Origin: Candidatus Kuenenia stuttgartensis
GTDB taxonomy: Bacteria; Planctomycetota; Brocadiia; Brocadiales; Brocadiaceae
Assembly: GCF_900232105.1 (NCBI RefSeq)
Contig: NZ_LT934425.1
Location: 1,230,001-1,262,000 of the forward strand
Length of the DNA: 32,000 nt
Reading direction: 5' to 3'
Shown here: positions 9,754 through 18,357 of the stretch, one piece after another
Numbering within the stretch: position 1 is the first letter of the stretch
How the letters are laid out: every line of letters starts with the position of its first letter
Made by a program: the position numbers and the translations under genes
Notes under the pieces: model-generated
Told to the model about the DNA's origin: nothing
The model's input: only the letters and a program-made list of their open reading frames with translations
The model's database searches: none

Positions 9754-10008
9754 TCAAGCCGGTTGTTCGGCTTTTCCGGGGGGCCACTTTATTTGGAGTT
9801 TTCTTTGACTGATTGCACAGTCACGAAGATAAAGATTTATTAGGGTCTGGTATGGAATACCGGTATCCTCCGACATAGACCTGAAATAGAGAACAGTATC
9901 ACGGTCCAAACGCATAGTAACCGGTTGTTTTAAATACTTTAAATAAGGATTTTTACGCCCCTTCATTTTGGAAAAATCATAATGGTCTCTCATTGTCTGT
10001 TCCTCCAA
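9754..10008 (-). CDS. brnA: BrnA-like antitoxin
   Basis: KYLKQPVTMRLDRDTVLYFRSMSEDTGIPYQTLINLYLRDC is the BrnA/RHH pattern, directly downstream of and overlapping a BrnT-like toxin gene. Confidence 0.82.
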   Translation of the reverse strand: MEEQTMRDHYDFSKMKGRKNPYLKYLKQPVTMRLDRDTVLYFRSMSEDTGIPYQTLINLYLRDCAISQRKLQIKWPPGKAEQPA

Positions 10009-10283
10009 TATTCACTTTCTTCATCGCCATCGGCTTTCCTCGCAGAGATGATTCTGATAACTGTATCGCTTTCCCGGAAACAGTGGCAGATGACCAGAAG
10101 CCTAAGTTTATAACTTATTCCAAGTAAGATAAAACGATCTTCTTCGTGTGAATGGTCGGGATCAAAATATTGAATGGCATTTTCATCATAAAAGGCTATA
10201 CGCGCTTCTTCGAAGGAAATCCCATGCTTTTTGATATTGGACTTTTCCTTCCGGTTATCCCATTCAAATGTTAATTCGATCAT
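9990..10283 (-). CDS. brnT: BrnT-like RNase toxin
   Basis: FEWDNRKEKSNIKKHGISFEEARIAFYDENA...DPDHSHEEDRFILLGIS...VIRIISARKA. Confidence 0.9.
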   Translation of the reverse strand: MIELTFEWDNRKEKSNIKKHGISFEEARIAFYDENAIQYFDPDHSHEEDRFILLGISYKLRLLVICHCFRESDTVIRIISARKADGDEESEYWRNRQ

Positions 10284-10617
10284 ATGTACATTGTACTTAT
10301 AAAAATATTGATGTCAAGGTTCGGGTTCAAACAAAACAGGGAGTCAAATTTTTCAAAAACGGGATGCACCCTGACAAACTGCAAAACCCCAACTGATGAC
10401 CTTGTATAAAGTCTCCCGCCTCTTTATTGTCTTATAATTAGACAACGCGTCCATATTTTTTACTTATCAATAACAACGACAGGCGCTTCAGGTATGGTTA
10501 CCTGGTATTTTTTTGATAATTATTGTGACATAAGCTTTCTTTTGTAAAATAGTTGTGAGTCCATGTGCCGTAATTTCTGTAGTATCTGCCTGCAGGGTTA
10601 TTGTTGTCGGCCGTGTA

Positions 10618-10633
10618 CGGCACTGCTTTTGCG
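10618..10633 (+). promoter_or_regulatory. Candidate sigma54 (-24/-12) promoter cGGCACtgctttTGCg
   Basis: GG (10619-10620), 10 nt, GC (10631-10632); matches TGGCAC-N5-TTGC except at the first base. It lies about 230 bp upstream of the 10862 ORF. Confidence 0.45.
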
Positions 10634-10754
10634 ATGCCCTTTATACTGATTGCATTTTTTTTAATATCATGAACTAATTAGTACCTTAGCAGTGATTTCT
10701 TTGCTTTTTTTGGCAAAATCCTCCCCCTTACCCCCCTCCAAAGGGGAAGAATGT

Positions 10755-10770
10755 CCCCCGCTGGCGGGGG
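10755..10770. repeat. GC-rich hairpin cccccg-ctgg-cggggg within a low-complexity block
   Basis: Direct reading; block is ctccccctta...cccccgctggcgggggtgcagggggtgg. Confidence 0.8.
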
Positions 10771-10861
10771 TGCAGGGGGTGGATTCTAATTTTCGTATTT
10801 TTTATTTCTTTCTTGTTTGGTTCTGGCTACGCCAGCATAGGTAAACATAAGGACGTGTTAT

Positions 10862-11764
10862 TTGAGTTTTTTGAAAAAAACAGAGAAAAAGTTCCTGGTG
10901 GTTTTTATGGCTTTGTGGATGGGTGTGCCTGTTTTTATAAGTTCTGAAAGATGTTTGTTTAGCGAGACTGTAAACAGTGGAAAAAATGCAGGAACCGGAG
11001 AGATTCAGGACGTATCTCATGGAAGTTCTGCTTTGGTCGGTACTTTGTCTGGTGCGGGCGAACATCAAGGAGTGGAAAGGGTATTATCAAATCTCAACGT
11101 TGAAAACGAACGGCTTCGGGAATTAGAAAAGAAATATTTAACATTGCAAGGCGTTACTTCAGAGACAGGGATTGGGAAATATTTTAAATCAGGCGCAACG
11201 AAAGATATTGATTCTGTGGCGGTTCATGAAGTGGGCAATGTGTCAAAAACAGACGGCCAAAGCGATGCCGGTGATACATCAAACGAGATTTCAGAATACA
11301 CGCCATTACAGTATTCAAAAAACTTTGAGGATGCAGTGCCGCAAAAAGAAGAAGTTGATGCGTCCGTTGAGGATGGCGAGGAGAGAGCCAGGATGCACAA
11401 CCGGCTGCATCGCTATTTGACCGGCATAGAAAAAGAGACGCCTCCCATAACAATAGCAGAATGTTTTTATACATTGGGTGAATATGAAAAAGCCTTGCAG
11501 GGTTATAAAAATATTCCGCAAGAAGCGGTTACGCCGTATCAATACATGTGGGCCCGGTACCAGATTGCAAATTGTTTCCGGCAGTTAAAAAAATACGATG
11601 ACGCGCTGAATGAATTCCAGCGTTTTATCGACGAAAATCCGAAGAGTGAGTTAATAGTGCAAGCGAAATGGTATGTTGATGATATTGCCTGGTGGAAGGA
11701 ATGGCAGGGGAAAAATACATTGAAGAATAATAAATTGTTAATGCTTTCTGATAATAATGAGTGA
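10862..11764 (+). CDS. TPR/outer-membrane lipoprotein-like protein (TTG start)
   Basis: Signal-like N-terminus, coiled coil, and C-terminal YbgF/BamD-like TPRs (ALNEFQRFIDENPKSELIVQAKWYV). Confidence 0.65.
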   Translation: MSFLKKTEKKFLVVFMALWMGVPVFISSERCLFSETVNSGKNAGTGEIQDVSHGSSALVGTLSGAGEHQGVERVLSNLNVENERLRELEKKYLTLQGVTSETGIGKYFKSGATKDIDSVAVHEVGNVSKTDGQSDAGDTSNEISEYTPLQYSKNFEDAVPQKEEVDASVEDGEERARMHNRLHRYLTGIEKETPPITIAECFYTLGEYEKALQGYKNIPQEAVTPYQYMWARYQIANCFRQLKKYDDALNEFQRFIDENPKSELIVQAKWYVDDIAWWKEWQGKNTLKNNKLLMLSDNNE

Positions 11765-11794
11765 AATAATGGGAAAAGAAAACGGGGTTACGTT

Positions 11795-13117
11795 ATGAAA
11801 AATATTGCCGTGAACAAATATCCGAAAAAATTCAGGAATGAACTCGCAACCGCCTTTGAACAGTTTAATCTTTATACATTGCGTTTGGAAGAGGCTTACA
11901 ATAAGCTGCAAAGCAGGGTAAAGGAAATAGATAAGGAGATGGAAGATACAAATGCCCGTTTAAAGGATAAAGTGCAGGAACTCGACAGCCTTACGAAATA
12001 TCTAAATAGTCTTTTGGGAAGTATTCATAGCGGTGTTATCGCCATAAATGTGAAAGGGGAAATAACTACTTTCAATACGGCGGCAGAAGAAATATTGAGC
12101 TTCAGCGGGTCTTGCGTGGTAGGGGGAAATATAGCGTGTTTATACGAAAATGCGGACGGTGGTGAATCCTTGCTTACGGAGGCTATTAAAAAGGGGCAAA
12201 ATTTTATTAATGTTGAGCGTAAAATAAAGACCAGCCAGGGATTAACCAGGATGCTGGAAAGCAGCGTGTCACTGATTAAGGACTCGCAGGACAATATTAT
12301 AGGCGCTGTAGAGGTGTTTAAAGACTTATCAAAGATAAGAGATTTGGAGATGCGATTGAGAAAAGCGGATAAACTTGCAGCCATTGGCGCAATGGCGGCC
12401 AGTATTGCCCATGAAATTCGTAATCCACTAAATGGTATTGAAGGGTTTTCTGCATTACTTGCAAGGGACTTTGAAGATTCCGACCCCCGTAAGAAACTGG
12501 TAAAAAATATAATACAAGGCACAAAAAATCTGAACAAAACGGTTACCGAGTTGCTGGTATTCGCGCGTCCGGTGCGATTGAGTTTAATGAATAGCCGTAT
12601 ATCTGAAATTTTGGACAGAACACTCTTTTTTATTAAGGAAGACATGAACCGGAATGGAATAGATGCTATTTCTATCCATAAAGAATACGGCGCAGATGAT
12701 TATTGTTTGAAATGCGATGCGGAAAAATTGCAGCAGGTCTTTTTGAATCTTTGCTTAAATGCAATTCAATCTATGACATGCGGAGGCCATTTAACGGTAT
12801 TTACGCGGACAATAGAGGGAGAAAACGACAACGGCGTTGTTCAGATTGGCATAAAGGATACCGGAGTAGGAATTAAAAAAGAGGTTGTCCGGAAGATGTT
12901 TGACCTCTTTTTTACTACAAAACAGGATGGAACGGGGATTGGATTGGCAATTGTGAACAAAATTGTAGAAGCGCATAACGGCAAAATCTTTGTTGAAAGC
13001 GAAGAGGGAAAGGGAACGACATTTTATATTAATCTGCCCATAAATTCGCATGACTATATGGATTCGTACAGCGCCTTCGTTCCGGAAGAAGAGGCATTGG
13101 CGATGCAGTTTGCTTAA
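11795..13117 (+). CDS. Sensor histidine kinase (PAS-HisKA-HATPase), NtrB/AtoS/FlgS-like
   Basis: PAS-like HSGVIAINVKGEITTFNTAAEEI, H-box MAASIAHEIRNPLNGI, N-box CLNAIQSM, G-boxes DTGVGI and GTGIGLAI. Confidence 0.94.
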   Translation: MKNIAVNKYPKKFRNELATAFEQFNLYTLRLEEAYNKLQSRVKEIDKEMEDTNARLKDKVQELDSLTKYLNSLLGSIHSGVIAINVKGEITTFNTAAEEILSFSGSCVVGGNIACLYENADGGESLLTEAIKKGQNFINVERKIKTSQGLTRMLESSVSLIKDSQDNIIGAVEVFKDLSKIRDLEMRLRKADKLAAIGAMAASIAHEIRNPLNGIEGFSALLARDFEDSDPRKKLVKNIIQGTKNLNKTVTELLVFARPVRLSLMNSRISEILDRTLFFIKEDMNRNGIDAISIHKEYGADDYCLKCDAEKLQQVFLNLCLNAIQSMTCGGHLTVFTRTIEGENDNGVVQIGIKDTGVGIKKEVVRKMFDLFFTTKQDGTGIGLAIVNKIVEAHNGKIFVESEEGKGTTFYINLPINSHDYMDSYSAFVPEEEALAMQFA

Positions 13118-13158
13118 GTAGCAAGTTATTTATGTCTTCCAGTCTATAGGGGAATAAA

Positions 13159-14529
13159 ATGAGTGTCGAGAAAATAATGGTTGTCGATGATGATGCATTG
13201 GGGCGTGAATACCTCTGTGAAACGCTGAAAAGAGGCGGATATGATGTTACAGGGGTTGGCAACGGACAGCAAGCCGTCTCGCGAATCGGCAAAGAAGATT
13301 TTGACATGATATTCATGGATATGAAAATGCCTGGAATGGACGGCATGGAGGCGCTTGAAAAGGTAAAGGGAATTTCGTCGGAAACCGTAGTCATTCTCAT
13401 GACTGCGTATGGCACTATAGAGTCTGCTGTGGAAGCTATGAGAAAAGGCGCTTATGATTACATTATAAAACCTTTTTCTCCCGATCAGATAGAGCTTTTA
13501 ATCTCAAGGGTGAATGAACGGCAGAAATTAATCGCCGAAAATAAATACTGGCGGTCTGCTTCCAATGTGGATGAAAAATCTGAGCCTGTGTACAGCAAAA
13601 ATTCTAAAATGTCGCAAATATATGAACAACTGAAAAAGATTGCACAGAGCAAGGCAAGTGTTCTTATACAGGGAGAAAGCGGTACGGGCAAGGAATTAGT
13701 TGCGCGTGCGATACATTATTTCAGCCCGCGCTGCGAAAAACCTTTTATTCGGGTAAATTGCGCAGCCCTGGCAGAGTCCCTCCTGGAAAGCGAACTCTTT
13801 GGGCACGAACGCGGCGCATATACCGGAGCGGTGGCAAAGCGTATAGGACGCTTTGAACTGGCAAACGAAGGTACGCTGCTTCTTGATGAAGTCAGCGAGA
13901 TTTCTCCCAATATACAGGCAAAGTTGTTGCGGGTGCTGGAAGAAGAGGAATTTGAGCGGGTTGGGGGAGAAAAAACCATAAAAATCGATGTCCGCATTGT
14001 GGCAACCACAAACAGGGATTTGGCAAAGGAAATACAAAAGGGGACGTTTCGCGAGGATTTGTTTTACCGGTTAAATGTTGTTCCAATACACTTACCGCCC
14101 TTACGGGAGAGGCGCGAAGATATCCCGTTGCTGGCGAATACCTATCTTGAAAAATATAGTTCGGAAAATAATTCATCTGTCAAATCGATTGAAAAAAGGG
14201 CAATGGATTACCTTTCCCAATACAATTGGCCTGGGAATGTGAGGGAATTGAAAAATATTATGCAAAGAGCGGTTGTTATGGGTTCATCGGAAGAGCTTGG
14301 ATTAGAGAACTTTACATCCCTCATTGACATAAAAAAATCCGAACATACCATGTGTAATGATTCCGTAAACATAAAAAAGAATGGTCAATCTATTGAAGAT
14401 GCAGAGAAGGAGTTGATTTTTACCACACTCGAAAAAACGGGCGGGAATAAAACAAAGGCAGCCGGGTTGCTTAAAATTACAACCAGAACATTGCGGAATA
14501 AACTCAATAAATACGTAATTGCTCAATAA
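13159..14529 (+). CDS. Sigma54-dependent response regulator, NtrC family (FlgR-like by context)
   Basis: Receiver VVDDDALGREYLCETL, Walker A GESGTGKELVARAIH, GAYTGA, and C-terminal Fis-type HTH. Confidence 0.95.
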   Translation: MSVEKIMVVDDDALGREYLCETLKRGGYDVTGVGNGQQAVSRIGKEDFDMIFMDMKMPGMDGMEALEKVKGISSETVVILMTAYGTIESAVEAMRKGAYDYIIKPFSPDQIELLISRVNERQKLIAENKYWRSASNVDEKSEPVYSKNSKMSQIYEQLKKIAQSKASVLIQGESGTGKELVARAIHYFSPRCEKPFIRVNCAALAESLLESELFGHERGAYTGAVAKRIGRFELANEGTLLLDEVSEISPNIQAKLLRVLEEEEFERVGGEKTIKIDVRIVATTNRDLAKEIQKGTFREDLFYRLNVVPIHLPPLRERREDIPLLANTYLEKYSSENNSSVKSIEKRAMDYLSQYNWPGNVRELKNIMQRAVVMGSSEELGLENFTSLIDIKKSEHTMCNDSVNIKKNGQSIEDAEKELIFTTLEKTGGNKTKAAGLLKITTRTLRNKLNKYVIAQ

Positions 14530-14571
14530 ATTGTGGCAATGGAGGTATTGGGGACTTGGGATTTCCCATTA

Positions 14572-14756
14572 TACCGTAGCAATCTACAATCTACAGTCGG
14601 CAGTCGGCTTTCAATAGAGGTCAGATGTCAGAGATCAGAGATCAGAGGTCAGATGTCCGCGAAAAACTCTGACTTCTGACTTCTGACTTCTGAAATCGGC
14701 AATCGGCAGTCGGCAAATTGCAGATTGAGGATTGAGGACTGAGGATTGAGCAGAAG
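14572..14756. repeat. Low-complexity shuffled-word repeat region
   Basis: Iterated tcagagatcagagatcagaggtcaga, then tctgacttctgacttctgacttctga (partly inverted), then aatcggcagtcggcaaattgcagattgaggattgaggactgagg. Confidence 0.8.
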
Positions 14757-14957
14757 GCGATGTATTTTCCTACATACCGTGAAATTTTTTCTTAATAGGG
14801 GGGCAAAGATTTGCCTTCACGGATGCAATAATATATTTTTACTTACGCTGTATCTTATTGATAAATAGATATATGTGTATTTTTATTGCATATTGTATTT
14901 GCTGTCTCTGTTTTCCGGTATTTGTTTTGCGATGTTCTGTGGATAAGGAGAAAGATT

Positions 14958-15335
14958 ATGAATATTGGTTTAGATAAAACGTTTGGTTTATTAGAGAATA
15001 TGTTGGATGTTTCGTCTCTAAGGCACAAGGTTGTTGCAAACAACATTGCCAATGTAAACACTCCTGGTTACAAGAAAATGGTGGTTAATTTTGAGGGTGA
15101 GCTTGAAAAGGCTATACAAAGCAGTTCGCAGAAAAATTTTAATAAGTTTGAACCAAAGGTCGTAATTTCAGAAGATGTTGTAGATGGGACATTGCGCAAC
15201 GATGGAAACACGGTGGATATGGAAAAAGAGGTTGCTACTTTACTGAAAAATACGGGTTTTTATAAAATATATTCGCAGTTACTGGCAAAAAAATTTGATT
15301 TAGTAAAAGCCGCAATTGACGGCTCTAAAGGATAA
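14958..15335 (+). CDS. flgB: Flagellar basal-body rod protein FlgB
   Basis: MNIGLDKTFGLLENMLDVSSLRHKVVANNIANVNTPGYKK. The ATG at 14958 follows an aaggag-like RBS and is preferred over the track start at 14886. Confidence 0.95.
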   Translation: MNIGLDKTFGLLENMLDVSSLRHKVVANNIANVNTPGYKKMVVNFEGELEKAIQSSSQKNFNKFEPKVVISEDVVDGTLRNDGNTVDMEKEVATLLKNTGFYKIYSQLLAKKFDLVKAAIDGSKG

Positions 15336-15346
15336 GGAGGGAAAAT

Positions 15347-15790
15347 ATGGGAATAAGTAAGGTATTTTCAGCGCTGGATATAAGCGCTACCGGGCTTACC
15401 GCGGAACGTATCCGCATGAATGTGATAGCAAATAATATTGCTAATGCAAACGCTACTAACTCTCCCGACGGCGGTCCGTATCGCAGGGAACAAGTGGAAT
15501 TTCAGTCTATTCTTAATAAGGCGGCTAATTTGTCCGATATTGATGGAATGGAACGTTTGGGCGGCGTAAAGGTGAGTAATATTATGAAAAGCAAAGAACC
15601 TTTTAATAAGGTATTTATTCCCGGGCATCCTCAGGCGGATGAAAATGGTTTTGTAGAGATGCCTAACGTAAACATTGCAACGGAGATGGTTGATCTGGTC
15701 ACGGCGTCCAGATCTTACGAAGCGAATCTTGCGGTGATAAATTCTTCTAAAGATATTACAAATCAGGCATTGTCAATTATTGGAAGATAG
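15347..15790 (+). CDS. flgC: Flagellar basal-body rod protein FlgC
   Basis: FSALDISATGLTAERIRMNVIANNIANANAT...GFVEMPNVNIATEMVDLVTASRSYEANLAVINSSKDI. Confidence 0.96.
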   Translation: MGISKVFSALDISATGLTAERIRMNVIANNIANANATNSPDGGPYRREQVEFQSILNKAANLSDIDGMERLGGVKVSNIMKSKEPFNKVFIPGHPQADENGFVEMPNVNIATEMVDLVTASRSYEANLAVINSSKDITNQALSIIGR

Positions 15791-15800
15791 GGGTGTAGTT

Positions 15801-16100
15801 ATGGCTGTTTTACCGATTAATAATAATGGCGATTCAATTCAACAAAACAAAGGGTTTGATTTTGTTGAAGAGCAGAAAGGCGCTTCCTTTAAAGATACAT
15901 TGGGAGGTTTTATCAATGAGATTAATGACCTTCAGGTGAAAGCCAGTGACAGTATCGAGAAGTTTTCCGGTGGAAAGATTGAAAACATCCACGAAGTTAT
16001 GGTTGCCATGTCAAAGGCGGAGGTTAGCTTTAAGTTTATGATGGAAACCCGGAACAAACTGGTAGAAACATACAAGGAAGTTATGCGTATGCAAATGTAA
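15801..16100 (+). CDS. fliE: Flagellar hook-basal body complex protein FliE
   Basis: SFKDTLGGFINEINDLQVKASDSIEKFSGG...IHEVMVAMSKAEVSFKFMMETRNKLVETYKEVMRMQM. The ATG at 15801 is preferred over 15780, though this is not certain. Confidence 0.92.
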   Translation: MAVLPINNNGDSIQQNKGFDFVEEQKGASFKDTLGGFINEINDLQVKASDSIEKFSGGKIENIHEVMVAMSKAEVSFKFMMETRNKLVETYKEVMRMQM

Positions 16101-16161
16101 CTGGAATAATACATAATACACATCGCAGCAAAGCCGCAACCAAAGAGAGTTTAACCACCTC

Positions 16162-16193
16162 GTCATTGCGAGGGCTTTTTCCGAAGCAACCTC
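16162..16193. repeat. Short interspersed repeat, copy 1 (gtcattgcgagggctttttccgaagcaacctc)
   Basis: Sequence identity with nearby copies in both orientations. Confidence 0.9.
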
Positions 16194-16199
16194 ATAAAC

Positions 16200-16510
16200 C
16201 GTCATGGAGATCCTTCCATCCTGCATCATTCCATTAATTAATTCTATTTTTTTAGCCCTTTGAGCCACCCTTAATTTGCTTCTCACGGGATATGGCGTTT
16301 CTTACGTCACGAAATATCTCGTAGTATACTGATTGCTTCGGAAAAGACCCTCGCAATGACAAGTTTTGTAACATTATACTTTTTTGTAAATCCCTCGACC
16401 CTCTTCTCTCTATGTTCATATACTCTTCTTTTAAGATTGTTCGTTACCCATGTGTAGAGTACTGTATCATTTTTATTCGTCATTATGTAAACAGAGTATA
16501 ATTTATCCAT
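16200..16510 (-). pseudogene. GIY-YIG nuclease-like gene disrupted by a short-repeat insertion and further frameshifts
   Basis: MDKLYSVYIMTNKNDTVLYTWVTNNLKRRVYEHREKRVEGFTKKYNVTKLV, then the repeat, then YYEIFRDVRNAISREKQIKGG; C-terminal remnants SRAKKIELINGM and GWKDLHDGL* lie in shifted frames. Confidence 0.85.
16333..16360. repeat. Short interspersed repeat, copy 2 (inside the GIY-YIG gene)
   Basis: Plus strand ttgcttcggaaaagaccctcgcaatgac is the reverse complement of copy 4. Confidence 0.95.
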
Positions 16511-16550
16511 TACAAATTACTTTGATTGAATCCGGTGTTATTGAAAAAGA

Positions 16551-16578
16551 TTGCTTCGGAAAAAGCCCTCGCAATGAC
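16551..16578. repeat. Short interspersed repeat, copy 3
   Basis: ttgcttcggaaaaagccctcgcaatgac; a partial copy cgcaatgac follows at 16591-16599. Confidence 0.92.
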
Positions 16579-16629
16579 AAACTGAGGACTCGCAATGACA
16601 AAAGCGTGTCATTACAAGGGTGCCAGCGT

Positions 16630-16661
16630 GTCATTGCGAGGGTCTTTTCCGAAGCAACCTC
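16630..16661. repeat. Short interspersed repeat, copy 4 (inverted relative to copy 3)
   Basis: gtcattgcgagggtcttttccgaagcaacctc. Confidence 0.92.
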
Positions 16662-16739
16662 GCAAATAACACGCTCTTTAACCACGGAACACCTGGCGAG
16701 TCCTTTAGTCGCAACCAAATTCGAAATACGAAACAACCC

Positions 16740-16800
16740 TTCGGAGTGAGAGATAAAGTGAAAGTGAGATTTTCACTCTGGCTTTATCTTTCACTCCGAA
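16740..16800. repeat. Long imperfect hairpin between fliE and thyX
   Basis: ttcggagtgagagataaagtg... pairs with ...ggctttatctttcactccgaa, with an inner agtgaa/ttcact pairing. Confidence 0.75.
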
Positions 16801-16932
16801 GAACGGTTATGCATTTAAAAAAACTAGCATAAAAAACAAGAAGTTGATGGATAGTAGTACAAAGAATATTGAACGCAAAGGACACGAAGAAAAACTTACA
16901 AAAAAATAGAAAAAAAGAGGCAACCCACAGTA

Positions 16933-17661
16933 TCATATATTTCTAAACATAGTTCTCACTTCAACCATCTTCCCGCACGTCATTTTTCCTTCCGGGCATG
17001 CATTGTTTACGCAACCAGGGCCTGCATCTTTCAAAATATTTGGGGCGACCTTTTTCGCTAGCCGCAGCATTTCAATTGCCATAGCCCTGATTTCCCATTG
17101 TGCGCGATTGCAGCAACGTACACGAAGGAAATGCAATAATTCGCGGGCGTTCATGGTAATGATAATCTTTGTCTCCGCGGCATTGGGCAGTAAAAATCTG
17201 GCGTCTTCAAATGTGCTTTCTCCACTATCGCCCAGCGCCTCTATCAGTTCGTCATACCATTCCTGAATACAATTCATTTTTTCAATGAACCACTGTTTTT
17301 TTCCGATTTTTTCAATCCTGGGGGGGATAACAAAATCAAAACCACCGGTTTTCTTACGGTACTTTCCCACATAACGCTGGCTTTGCTGGGAATAAGAAGC
17401 CAAACGATGCCGGACAAGCTGATGTGAACAGGCGCGGGAAATGCCCTCTATACCAAAGGTAAAACTGACGTGTTCTATGGGCGAGAGATGCCCCATTTCC
17501 GTTAATTTTTCAATAAAAACGGACTGATCCTTGCTGTCAATCTGTTCCTTTAATTCAGCAACAGAGGAGGGGCTATAACACAGTTTGGCGGCTTGCGCCA
17601 CGATATGTTCAGGGTCTTGTGTGTATCGTAATAATAGTACATTTAGTTTTGATTCAGACAT
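16933..17661 (-). CDS. thyX: Flavin-dependent thymidylate synthase ThyX
   Basis: RHRLASYSQQSQRY matches RHRx7S; HLSPIEHVSFTF, NARELLHFLRVRCCNRAQWEIR. Likely start is MSESKL (17661); the track starts at 17679. Confidence 0.96.
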   Translation of the reverse strand: MSESKLNVLLLRYTQDPEHIVAQAAKLCYSPSSVAELKEQIDSKDQSVFIEKLTEMGHLSPIEHVSFTFGIEGISRACSHQLVRHRLASYSQQSQRYVGKYRKKTGGFDFVIPPRIEKIGKKQWFIEKMNCIQEWYDELIEALGDSGESTFEDARFLLPNAAETKIIITMNARELLHFLRVRCCNRAQWEIRAMAIEMLRLAKKVAPNILKDAGPGCVNNACPEGKMTCGKMVEVRTMFRNI

Positions 17662-17736
17662 GTTTTCATAATATAACAAGATGAAAAAATAAACATTAAA
17701 AATCTGTATCCCTTTTCGGTTTGAGACTTCACCCCG

Positions 17737-18264
17737 CTAAAATTCTATCCCTTTACGTGCCTTTATTCCATTTTTATAGTGGTGCTTTATTTCTTTCATC
17801 TCAGTCACTAAATCCGCAATATCGATCAATTGACTTTTGGCATTCCGTCCTGTAAGGACAAGATTCAATCGCCTGGGTTTATTTTGTATCACCCCAATAA
17901 CGTCTTCGACATCCAGCAATCCATAATCAATCAAATGGTTAATTTCGTCAAGAACAATGAGATCGTATTCATCTGAGAAAATCTCCTTTTTCGCATATTC
18001 CCAGGATTCTTTGACATTTTTGATAGTTTCTTCGGAAAAATGTCCTTTTTGCGTTTTAATAAATCCCTGCCCCATGAGAACCATCTTAAAATCAGGTTCC
18101 AATAATTTAGCAGCCCTCATCTCGCCGGTTTTTTGAGAACTTTTGATAAATGAAAGCATAAGCGCTTTCATCCCCTGTCCAATAGCACGAAAGCAAAGCC
18201 CTAATGCCGCGGTAGTTTTCCCTTTTCCATTTCCGGTATGTATAAGTATAAGCCCATTTTCCAT
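17737..18264 (-). CDS. cobO: Cob(I)yrinic acid a,c-diamide adenosyltransferase (CobA/CobO/BtuR family)
   Basis: IHTGNGKGKTTAALGLCFRAIGQG P-loop; LDEINHLIDYGLL; VLTGRNA. Confidence 0.94.
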   Translation of the reverse strand: MENGLILIHTGNGKGKTTAALGLCFRAIGQGMKALMLSFIKSSQKTGEMRAAKLLEPDFKMVLMGQGFIKTQKGHFSEETIKNVKESWEYAKKEIFSDEYDLIVLDEINHLIDYGLLDVEDVIGVIQNKPRRLNLVLTGRNAKSQLIDIADLVTEMKEIKHHYKNGIKARKGIEF

Positions 18265-18357
18265 ATATTATCCTAAAGCGGGACAAGCCAGAATCAAATA
18301 AACGTAAAATACAAAAGAGGAACCAGTAGAGTAGAAACAGACGACAAGAACTTAGGC

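Noticed and set aside
10802-11068. Track ORF 88 aa (minus) over the 10862 gene start
   Set aside because: Antisense to a better-supported TPR gene, and no recognisable motifs.
14801-14814. Possible sigma54 promoter ggGCAAAGATTTGC upstream of flgB
   Set aside because: The spacing can be forced to GG-N10-GC, but the -24 box lacks TGGC; too weak to list as a feature.
3014-16100. Whole regulatory/TPR block as a single novel secretion system
   Set aside because: No secretin, ATPase or pilin genes were seen; a conventional two-component, partner-switch and flagellar block explains most of it.
16450-16749. Track ORF 99 aa (plus)
   Set aside because: Composed mostly of the short interspersed repeat (RVIARVFSEATSQ is repeat translation).
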